Source of the DNA: Christensenella sp. UBA5489
Lineage (GTDB): Bacteria > Bacillota > Clostridia > Christensenellales > UBA1242
Reading direction: 5' to 3'
Assembly: GCA_002424095.1 (NCBI GenBank)
Contig: DIPL01000013.1
Span: 15,765-66,328, forward strand
DNA length: 50,564 nucleotides
Part shown: in pieces, positions 42,721 to 50,564 of the stretch
How positions within the stretch are numbered: the stretch's first letter is position 1
Layout: every line of letters begins with the position of its first letter
Program-made: the position numbers and the translations under genes
Notes under the pieces: generated by a model
What the model saw: only the letters and a program-made list of their open reading frames with translations
What the model was told of the DNA's origin: nothing
The model's database searches: none

Positions 42721-43905
42721 TTATTTATTTGAAATAACTTCAACCCCGGGCAAAAGTCCACCTTCAAGTAGTTTTAAACTTGCTCCGCCACCTGTTGAAA
42801 TATGATATATTTTTTTATCAAGATTGAGAAGTTTCAATGAAGCAATGCTGTCGCCCCCGCCAACAACAGCCTTTCCTTTTATTCGTGAAACCATACGTGC
42901 AATCTTTTCTGTGCCTTCGGAAAATTGTTCAAATTCGAAAACACCCATAGGACCATTCCAAACCAAAGTTTTCGCCTTTTTGATTATTTTCGAATAAAGA
43001 GCAATTGTACGTGGTCCAATATCCATTCCAATAAATCCGTCAGGTATGCTTTGCGACCTTATAACCTTTGGTTTTGCAGCCGAGGAAAATGTCTTTCCGC
43101 ATATATGGTCTTTTGGCAAGTGAATTGTAACTCCACGTTTTTTTGCTTCTTCAAGAATTTCTTTGGCAATATCAAGTTTTTCATCATCAACTAATGAACC
43201 CCCAATCTCAAAACCACTTGCTTTTAAGAAAGTGTAACTCATACCGCCACCGATTAAAATGGTATCTGCTTTTTTTATTAAATTCATTACGATATAAATT
43301 TTTTCAGAAACTTTTGCGCCACCTAAAACCGCCACGAATGGTTTGACAGGGTTATCCAAAACGTCCAATATTGTGTTAATTTCTTTCCCCATAAGAAAAC
43401 CAACGGCATTCGGTAAAAGCCTTGCAACTCCGGTTGTTGAGGCATGATTTCTATGTGCTACACCAAAAGCATCGTTTACAAAAATATCGCCAAGTTTAGC
43501 AAGTTTTTTTGCAAAAACGGGGTCGTTTTTTTCTTCGCCCTTATGAAATCTTAAATTTTCAAGTAATAAGAGTTCACCTTCTTTAAGAGAGTTTGCCATT
43601 TTTTCAGTGTATTCTCCAATACAATTAAAAGCGAATTTTATTTTAGTTGCAGGCAGGAGATTAAATAATATTTTAGCAACAGGAACAAGTGAAAGGCTTT
43701 GCACCGCATTGCCGTCAGGACGGCCAAGATGAGAGCAAACAATAAGTTTCGCCCCTTTTGTTAATAAATATTTAATTGTTGGAATTTCTTTTAAAATCCT
43801 TGTATCATCTGCTACATTTCCATTTTCATCGAGCGGCACATTAAAGTCGACTCGCAATAAGACCTTTTTCCCTTTCACATCAATATCTTCAATTGTTTTT
43901 TTCAT
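42721..43905 (-). CDS. pgk: phosphoglycerate kinase
   Basis: RVDFNVP, SHLGRP, LENLRF, GGAKV, WNGPMGVFE, STGGGASL; ATG 43905 fits AAGGGAG spacing. Confidence 0.97.
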   Translation of the reverse strand: MKKTIEDIDVKGKKVLLRVDFNVPLDENGNVADDTRILKEIPTIKYLLTKGAKLIVCSHLGRPDGNAVQSLSLVPVAKILFNLLPATKIKFAFNCIGEYTEKMANSLKEGELLLLENLRFHKGEEKNDPVFAKKLAKLGDIFVNDAFGVAHRNHASTTGVARLLPNAVGFLMGKEINTILDVLDNPVKPFVAVLGGAKVSEKIYIVMNLIKKADTILIGGGMSYTFLKASGFEIGGSLVDDEKLDIAKEILEEAKKRGVTIHLPKDHICGKTFSSAAKPKVIRSQSIPDGFIGMDIGPRTIALYSKIIKKAKTLVWNGPMGVFEFEQFSEGTEKIARMVSRIKGKAVVGGGDSIASLKLLNLDKKIYHISTGGGASLKLLEGGLLPGVEVISNK

Positions 43906-44152
43906 AGTCAACTCCCTTAATAAATACAGTTTTTAAAATTCCTTTGATTTTATGAATTTATATTATTTTACAAATTTAATTAGATATTTATATAATAGCA
44001 AAAATAATAAAATAAATCAAAGCAAAAATATACAATTTTAAAAAAAGTTTAAAAAATCAAAGGGTTTTATATAGTTAATATAAAAAACAAGTAAAAGAGA
44101 GATATAAAATGATGACATAATTTTTAAAAACTTTTTAAAATAGAATGTATAA

Positions 44153-44186
44153 AAAACAACGTTAATTTTATTTTCAACGTTGTTTT
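44153..44186 (-). terminator. hairpin downstream of tRNA-Leu
   Basis: AAAACAACGTT ... AACGTTGTTTT inverted repeat. Confidence 0.55.
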
Positions 44187-44191
44187 CTTTT

Positions 44192-44215
44192 AAATTTGTG
44201 TCAAAATTTGTGTCA
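44192..44215. repeat. 12-bp perfect tandem repeat x2 near tRNA-Leu 3' end
   Basis: AAATTTGTGTCA AAATTTGTGTCA. Confidence 0.8.
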
Positions 44216-44284
44216 AGAAATTTTAAGATTAATTCTTTTTTGTCAACTTTCTTTAATTTCTTTGATTTTATAAGGGTTTTTTAA

Positions 44285-44369
44285 TGGTGCGGATGAAGGG
44301 ACTTGAACCCCCAATCCTTTCAGAACTAGATCCTAAGTCTAGCGCGTCTGCCAATTCCGCCACATCCGC
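44285..44369 (-). tRNA. tRNA-Leu(TAG)
   Basis: GCGGATGTGGCGGAATTGGCAGACGCG CTAGA CT TAG GA TCTAG, long variable arm, GGTTCAAGTCC...CCGCACCA. Confidence 0.96.
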
Positions 44370-44645
44370 ATATCACTTTGTACTTTGTAAGTATAGCACA
44401 AAATCTTGAATTGTCAATTTTTTTATTTAATTTTTTTATGATTTTATCATAAAAAATAATTGCTGTTAAATAAAAAAACATAAGAACACAAGTAATTCTA
44501 TCTAATTAAGTTTTAATTTAATAATTTGTGAAGTTTAAAAAAATATAAAAATTCTTTGATTGAATTAATCTTATTGTTTTATTATAAGAAATTGAAAAAT
44601 TTAAAAAATAGTGGCAAAATGGGAACATTTTCAATATATAATAGT

Positions 44646-45488
44646 ATGAATATAATTTCGAGTTTTCCTATGTCAAAGGTTACATCCTTTAAATGTGGCG
44701 GTTTGGCAAAATGGTTTGTATGTCCAGATGATTTGAAAGATTTTGAAAGCATATTAAAATTACATAATGGAAAAAAGTTCTATATTTTAGGAAATGGAAG
44801 CAACACGCTTTGCCCCGATGATGGCTATGACGGGCTTGTAATCAGCACTTCGAATTTGAAAAAAATTAAAAAAGACGGAAATATTGTTGTTTGCGAATGT
44901 GGTGTCAATCTCTTTGCCCTTAATGATTTTTTGCGAGAAAATGGTTTAGGTGGACTTGAATGGAGTTATGGAATTCCCGGCACAGTCGGCGGAGCAACTA
45001 TTATGAATTCAGGTGCTTTTGAAAAAGATATATCTGAATTCGTAGAAAAAGTTGAAATTTTTGATGATGGCAAGGTTATAGTTCTTGATAAAAATGAAAT
45101 TTCGTTTTCATATCGCAAGTCATCGCTTAAAGACTTTCCAATCTTTCGTGTTTGGCTAAAACTTTTTTTCTCTGAAAAAGAAACAATAAAAGAATTACAA
45201 GATTTTTATTTCGAAAAAAGGAATAGCAAGCAACCATTGAACTATCCAAGTGCTGGTAGCATTTTTAAAAGGGGCGAAGATTTTTTTCCGGCAGAAATTA
45301 TTGATAAATTAGGTTTGAAAGGTTATAAAATCGGCGGGGCACAAATTTCTGAAAAACATAGTGGTTTTATTATCAATCAAGGTGAAGCGACTGCAACCGA
45401 CATAATGAAGTTGATTAATTTAATCGAAGATACAGTATTTAATAAAAAGAATATAAAATTAGAAAGAGAAATTATCATTATGAAATAA
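44646..45488 (+). CDS. murB: UDP-N-acetylenolpyruvoylglucosamine reductase
   Basis: TSFKCGG, LGNGSN, GIPGTVGGA..MNSGA, QPLNYPSAGSIFK, SEKHSGFIIN; start uncertain (44619 or 44646). Confidence 0.93.
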   Translation: MNIISSFPMSKVTSFKCGGLAKWFVCPDDLKDFESILKLHNGKKFYILGNGSNTLCPDDGYDGLVISTSNLKKIKKDGNIVVCECGVNLFALNDFLRENGLGGLEWSYGIPGTVGGATIMNSGAFEKDISEFVEKVEIFDDGKVIVLDKNEISFSYRKSSLKDFPIFRVWLKLFFSEKETIKELQDFYFEKRNSKQPLNYPSAGSIFKRGEDFFPAEIIDKLGLKGYKIGGAQISEKHSGFIINQGEATATDIMKLINLIEDTVFNKKNIKLEREIIIMK

Positions 45489-45520
45489 ATGCGGTGAACT
45501 TTAAAAGATTTAAAAAAATA

Positions 45521-45549
45521 TTGACATTTAAAATAAAGTTTGCTATTAT
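45521..45549 (+). promoter_or_regulatory. sigma-A promoter of the str operon
   Basis: TTGACA-17nt-TATTAT with TG extension. Confidence 0.8.
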
Positions 45550-45555
45550 GTCAAC

Positions 45556-45704
45556 GCATTGGATTATTTCCTTTGCCAAAAAGTTTGCCTTAGAAACTTT
45601 TTGAAAACTTTAACGACAAGTGGCAAGCCACTGAAAATGTTGTGAAGTTTTTGAATTTTAAGATTAAACTTTTTGATGAATTGTATAACTCAATTCATTT
45701 TTTT
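45556..45704 (+). promoter_or_regulatory. structured leader with terminator-like hairpin upstream of rpsL
   Basis: long stem 45577-45675, then ATGAATTG/CAATTCAT stem and T run. Confidence 0.55.
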
Positions 45705-45743
45705 GTTTTATAACCTATAATTAAAATAAAAGGAGGAGCGAAA

Positions 45744-46115
45744 ATGCCAACAATGAATCAACTTGTAAGAAAGGGAAGAAAAACTTTTAATAAAAAAGGT
45801 AAATCACCTTTACTTGAAAACTGTCCGCAAAAAAGGGGTGTTTGTTTGTCGGTTAAGACAACATCACCTAAAAAGCCGAATTCAGCACTTCGTAAAATTG
45901 CCCGTGTCCGCTTATCAAACGGAGAAGAGGCAACTTGCTATATTCCTGGCGTAGGACATAATTTGCAAGAACATAGTGTTGTTCTTGTGCGAGGCGGAAG
46001 AGTGAAAGACTTACCGGGTGTTAGATACCATATAGTCCGTGGCACAATGGATACCGCTGGCGTTTCTAAACGAAATCAAAGCAGATCTAAATATGGCGTA
46101 AAAAAACCTAAATAA
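45744..46115 (+). CDS. rpsL: 30S ribosomal protein S12
   Basis: [30 protein letters not shown]. Confidence 0.99.
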   Translation: MPTMNQLVRKGRKTFNKKGKSPLLENCPQKRGVCLSVKTTSPKKPNSALRKIARVRLSNGEEATCYIPGVGHNLQEHSVVLVRGGRVKDLPGVRYHIVRGTMDTAGVSKRNQSRSKYGVKKPK

Positions 46116-46168
46116 GAGATAAATACATTTAAAAAATATCTTTAAAAAAATAAATTAAGGAGGCAAAA

Positions 46169-46642
46169 ATGGCAAGAAGAAACAGAGCCGAGAAAAAAGA
46201 AGTGTTACCTGACCCAGTTTATAACAGCAAACTGCTCGCAAAACTTGTAAATCAAGTTATGCTAGATGGGAAAAAAGGAACAGCACAAAATATAGTCTAT
46301 GGTGCTTTTGATATAATAAAAGAAAAAAGTGGCAATGATCCACTTCAAGTTTTTACACAAGCCTTAGAAAATGTTAAACCTGTTTTAGAAACAAAAGGAC
46401 GTAGAGTCGGCGGTGCAACATATCAAGTACCTATGGAAATTCGACCTGAGCGAAGACAAACACTTGGAATTCGTTGGATTGTAAACTTCGCAAGAAAGAG
46501 AAATGGCGAACGTACAATGCGCGAGAAATTAGCAGGTGAATTGCTTGATGCGTTTAATAACACAGGTGCATCAGTTAAGAGAAGAGAAGAAATACACCGC
46601 ATTGCAGAAGCAAATAAAGCATTTGCACATTTCCGCTGGTAA
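46169..46642 (+). CDS. rpsG: 30S ribosomal protein S7
   Basis: [30 protein letters not shown]. Confidence 0.99.
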   Translation: MARRNRAEKKEVLPDPVYNSKLLAKLVNQVMLDGKKGTAQNIVYGAFDIIKEKSGNDPLQVFTQALENVKPVLETKGRRVGGATYQVPMEIRPERRQTLGIRWIVNFARKRNGERTMREKLAGELLDAFNNTGASVKRREEIHRIAEANKAFAHFRW

Positions 46643-46723
46643 GATACAGTGTATTAATAAAAACAAATGATAAAAAATAACGATAATTTAAAATGAAAAC
46701 AAAGTATTAGAAAGGAGATAATA

Positions 46724-48796
46724 ATGGCAAAAGAACCATTAACACAAACAAGAAACGTGGGGATTATTGCGCATATTGATGCTGGTAAAACCACAACGAC
46801 AGAAAGAATTTTGTTTTATACAGGAAGAAGTCATAAAATTGGCGAAGTTCACGATGGACAGGCCGTTATGGACTGGATGGAACAAGAGCAAGAACGTGGT
46901 ATTACAATTACATCCGCTTGCACAACTTGCCGTTGGCATGACCATAAAATCAATATTATTGATACGCCTGGGCACGTTGATTTCACTGTGGAAGTTGAAA
47001 GAAGTTTGAAAGTGTTGGACGGTGCAGTTTTGATTTTGAGTGCACGAGATAAGGTTCAACCTCAAACCGAAACCGTATGGCGTCAAGCGAATAAATATAA
47101 AGTTCCAGCAATTGTTTATGTCAATAAAATGGATAGAGATGCCGCTGATTTTTATGCTTGTATTAAATCAATAGATGAAAGATTGCGAGCGAATCCTGTG
47201 GCAATTCAAATTCCGATAGGTCAAGAATCTGAATTTGAGGGAATTGTTGATTTAGTCACAATGAAAGCATATATTTATGATGACTCAAACAATCCGCCAA
47301 CAGTTGGTGAAATTCCTGAAAGACTAAAATCAAAAGCCGATGAAATGCATTCCCAAATGATTGAAAGAATTGCAGAAACTGATGATGCTTTGATTGAAAA
47401 ATATCTTAACGGTGAAACTTTTGATATTGAAACAATAAAAAAGGCAATACGTAATGCAACAATCAAAAAATTAATAACACCAGTTTTATGCGGTTCATCT
47501 TATAAAAATAAAGGTGTACAAAATCTACTTGATGCAATAGTTGAATATTTACCTTCACCACTAGATATTGATGCGGTTAAAGGAATAAATCCCAAAACCG
47601 AAAAAGAAGAGATACGTGAAGCCAAGGAAGATGCACCTTTTGCGGGACTTGCATTTAAAACAATGACTGACCCATTTGTTGGAAAACTTATTTTCATACG
47701 TGTTTATAGCGGAAAACTTATAGCAGGCTCGTATGTTTATAATTCAACAAAAGGCGAAAAAGAAAGAGTTGGACGTCTTATAAGAATGCATTCAAACAAC
47801 CGTGAGGAAATACAAGAAGTTGGTGCGGGCGACATAGCCGCAGTTGTAGGACTTAAAAACACAACAACCGGCGACACTCTTTGTGCAGAAAATGCACCTA
47901 TTGTTTTAGAAAGTATGAAATTTCCTGACCCCGTGATAAAAATTGCAATTGAGCCAAAAAGCAAACAAATGCAAGAAAAAATGATATTGTCTTTAATAAA
48001 AATAGTCAATGAAGACCCAACTTTTAAGACAATGACAGACAACGAAACAGGACAAACCCTAATTGCAGGTATGGGAGAACTTCACTTAGAAATCTGCGTT
48101 GATAGACTTCGCCGTGAATTTGGTGTTGATGTCAATATAGGAAAACCGCAAGTGGCATATAAAGAAGCCATAAGGAATCCTGTAAAGGCTGAAGGCAAAT
48201 ATATTCGTCAAAGTGGCGGACGAGGACAATACGGACATTGTATGATTGAAGTTGAGCCGCTTGAACAAGGCAAAGGTTATGAATTCATAGATAAAACTGT
48301 TGGCGGTTCAATTCCAAAGGAATTTATTCAGCCAATAAATAATGGAATTCAAGAAGCAAAAATGAACGGCGTTTTGGCGGGCTATGAAACTGTTGATTTT
48401 AAAGTTACAGTTTATGACGGTTCGTTCCACGATGTCGATTCATCTGAAATGGCATTTAAAATTGCTGGTTCAATGGCGTTTAAAGATGCAATGAAAAAAG
48501 GCGATGCCTATTTGCTTGAACCGATTATGGACGTACAGGCTGAATTACCTGATGAATATTTAGGCACTGTTATGGGAAATATCACTTCAAGACGTGGAAT
48601 ATTACTCGGAACGGAAAGTCTTCCAGGCGTACAAATCATTAAGGCCGAAGTTCCGCTTTCTGAAATGTTCGGCTATGCAACTGATTTACGTTCTCAAACG
48701 CAAGGGCGTGGCACTTTCACAATGGAATTTAAAAAATATGCCGAAGTTCCAAGAAGCATCTCTGAAAATATAATCGGCGACCGTACTAAAAAATAA
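46724..48796 (+). CDS. fusA: elongation factor G
   Basis: [31 protein letters not shown]. Confidence 0.99.
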   Translation: MAKEPLTQTRNVGIIAHIDAGKTTTTERILFYTGRSHKIGEVHDGQAVMDWMEQEQERGITITSACTTCRWHDHKINIIDTPGHVDFTVEVERSLKVLDGAVLILSARDKVQPQTETVWRQANKYKVPAIVYVNKMDRDAADFYACIKSIDERLRANPVAIQIPIGQESEFEGIVDLVTMKAYIYDDSNNPPTVGEIPERLKSKADEMHSQMIERIAETDDALIEKYLNGETFDIETIKKAIRNATIKKLITPVLCGSSYKNKGVQNLLDAIVEYLPSPLDIDAVKGINPKTEKEEIREAKEDAPFAGLAFKTMTDPFVGKLIFIRVYSGKLIAGSYVYNSTKGEKERVGRLIRMHSNNREEIQEVGAGDIAAVVGLKNTTTGDTLCAENAPIVLESMKFPDPVIKIAIEPKSKQMQEKMILSLIKIVNEDPTFKTMTDNETGQTLIAGMGELHLEICVDRLRREFGVDVNIGKPQVAYKEAIRNPVKAEGKYIRQSGGRGQYGHCMIEVEPLEQGKGYEFIDKTVGGSIPKEFIQPINNGIQEAKMNGVLAGYETVDFKVTVYDGSFHDVDSSEMAFKIAGSMAFKDAMKKGDAYLLEPIMDVQAELPDEYLGTVMGNITSRRGILLGTESLPGVQIIKAEVPLSEMFGYATDLRSQTQGRGTFTMEFKKYAEVPRSISENIIGDRTKK

Positions 48797-48870
48797 TAAA
48801 TAATAAATTTTTACATTAAAAGTTTATGGCAAAAACCCCAAATTATTTACAAGTTAAATGTTAAAAATGC

Positions 48871-48900
48871 TTGATTTTATTATTAGGCATATGTTATAAT
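48871..48900 (+). promoter_or_regulatory. internal promoter for tuf
   Basis: TTGATT-18nt-TATAAT with TG extension. Confidence 0.6.
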
Positions 48901-48960
48901 CAAAACATTATTAAAATAATTTTAAAAATATTTTATAAAATTAAAGGAGAATAATTAAAT

Positions 48961-50169
48961 ATGGCAAAAGCAGTATTTAACAGAGAAAAATTACATTTAA
49001 ACGTTGGTACAATCGGACACGTTGACCACGGAAAAACAACCTTAACGGCAGCAATAGCATCTTATAGTGCGTTATTAGGCTTGGGAGATTCAAAGAGATA
49101 TGACCAAATTGACAACACTCCCGAAGAAAAAGAAAGAGGAATTACAATTACCACATCACACGTGGAATATCAAACAAAAAACCGCCACTATGCACACGTG
49201 GACTGTCCTGGACACAAGGATTATATCAAAAATATGATTACAGGTGCAGCACAAATGGACGGAGCAATTTTGGTTGTTTCGGCAACAGATGGTCCAATGC
49301 CTCAGACAAGAGAGCATATTTTGCTTGCACGCCAGGTTGGCGTTCCTCATATTGTTGTGTTTATGAACAAAGTTGACCAAATTGGAAAAGGCGATGAAGA
49401 ATTAATTGAGTTAGTCGAAATGGAAATTCGTGATTTACTTAACGAATACAGTTTTCCGGGAGATGACACACCAATTATTAAAGGTTCAGCATTGAAAGCG
49501 CTTGAAGCATGTCAGGCAGGAAATGCAGAAGACCCAGCATGCAAGCCAATTCAGGAACTTTTGGACGCAATAGATAGTTACTTCCCAGAACCAGTTCGTG
49601 AAGTTGACAAACCATTCTTGTTGCCAATTGAAGACGTGTTCACGATTTCTGGACGTGGAACAGTTGCAACAGGAAGAGTTGAGAGAGGTACTGTTAAAAT
49701 CAACGAAACAATTGAAATTGTTGGTTTAGGTACTAAAAAACAAACCGTTGTAACGGGCATTGAAATGTTTAGAAAAATTTTAGACGAAGCAAGAGCGGGC
49801 GATAATGTCGGTGTTTTGCTCCGTGGTGTTCAAAGAACAGACATTCAAAGAGGGCAAGTTATTTGTAAACCAGGGTCAATAAACCCACACACCAAATTCA
49901 ATGCTCAGGTTTACGTGCTTAAAAAAGAAGAAGGCGGACGTCATACCCCATTCTTTAACGGATATCGTCCACAATTCTATTTCCGTACAACTGATGTAAC
50001 AGGAACAATTGAACTTCCAAAAGGCGTTGAAATGGTTATGCCAGGTGATAACATCACAATGGAAATAACCCTTATCACACCTATTGCAATTGAGAAAGGA
50101 CTCAGATTTGCTATCCGTGAAGGTGGTAACACAGTTGGCTCTGGCGTTGTTTCAGAGATTATCGAATAA
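48961..50169 (+). CDS. tuf: elongation factor Tu
   Basis: [32 protein letters not shown]. Confidence 0.99.
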   Translation: MAKAVFNREKLHLNVGTIGHVDHGKTTLTAAIASYSALLGLGDSKRYDQIDNTPEEKERGITITTSHVEYQTKNRHYAHVDCPGHKDYIKNMITGAAQMDGAILVVSATDGPMPQTREHILLARQVGVPHIVVFMNKVDQIGKGDEELIELVEMEIRDLLNEYSFPGDDTPIIKGSALKALEACQAGNAEDPACKPIQELLDAIDSYFPEPVREVDKPFLLPIEDVFTISGRGTVATGRVERGTVKINETIEIVGLGTKKQTVVTGIEMFRKILDEARAGDNVGVLLRGVQRTDIQRGQVICKPGSINPHTKFNAQVYVLKKEEGGRHTPFFNGYRPQFYFRTTDVTGTIELPKGVEMVMPGDNITMEITLITPIAIEKGLRFAIREGGNTVGSGVVSEIIE

Positions 50170-50303
50170 TTTATAAATTCTTTATTAAAATTTAAGTCAA
50201 AAATTTTCAAAAAAATGGAAGATTTTAATTAGCGAAACTTAAACATAAGTAAAAATTTAAAATTATATGAATAAAAAAATTATAATTTGTTATAATATAA
50301 TAT

Positions 50304-50405
50304 GTCGGCGGAAGCGCGCCATTGCCGATCAGGCAATGGCCGACAATGCTCACTGAGCATTGCCCGTACTTTCAAAAAGAGAGAACGGCTTCCGCCGACT
50401 TTTTT
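50304..50405 (+). ncRNA. unidentified structured element / candidate small RNA (four-way junction)
   Basis: GC-rich island; closing stem GTCGGCGGAAGC/GCTTCCGCCGAC, three internal hairpins, TGTTATAAT upstream and T run downstream. Confidence 0.55.
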
Positions 50406-50564
50406 ATTTATTAAGTAACTTTTATAAAGCGATTTTTCAATTTAACATATATTTATAAGATTATCTAAAATAAAAAGAATTTATTTATATTTTAAAGTGG
50501 ATTTTTAAAAACACGAATTTTCATAATTGTTGCAATTTATGGAAAAATATATTTCGCACAGAGA

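Noticed and set aside
50362-50393. Minus-strand AGCCGT...GTACGG resembling group II intron domain V
   Set aside because: No GNRA loop, basal pairing is wrong, and there is no domain VI, intron body or RT gene.
50304-50564. Cloverleaf as the Firmicute S10 (rpsJ) leader that often follows tuf
   Set aside because: It does not resemble the rpsJ leader sequences I know, and the only downstream start visible (ATG 50539, MEKYISHR) is not RpsJ.

Overview
Low-GC chromosomal segment from a Firmicute, most likely a Clostridia-type organism with signs of genome reduction and rearrangement (inference from protein sequences and gene order). It uses the standard genetic code and has RF2. The backbone is housekeeping: uvrC, gmk, lemA-DUF2207, a MetRS2-type metG, gyrB-gyrA, an archaeal-type valS, dusB, prfB with its +1 programmed frameshift, tRNA-Met/Glu/Leu, whiA, PHP, P-II/DUF1538, a SpoVD/FtsI-like PBP, dCMP deaminase, secA, pgk-tpiA, murB and rpsL-rpsG-fusA-tuf. 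No CRISPR array, integrase, transposase or rRNA was seen. The main unexplained signals are: (1) scattered, mutually unrelated orphan genes, including a PIN nuclease, that end in similar short tails (DSGLSL, EKGM, SEGLCL, EKGLER) resembling C-terminal type IV secretion signals; (2) a GC-rich 96-nt cloverleaf with an extended -10 upstream and a U-tract downstream, just after tuf; (3) a switch-like, attenuator-like leader before rpsL; (4) Asn/Lys-rich repeat-derived insertions inside conserved enzymes.
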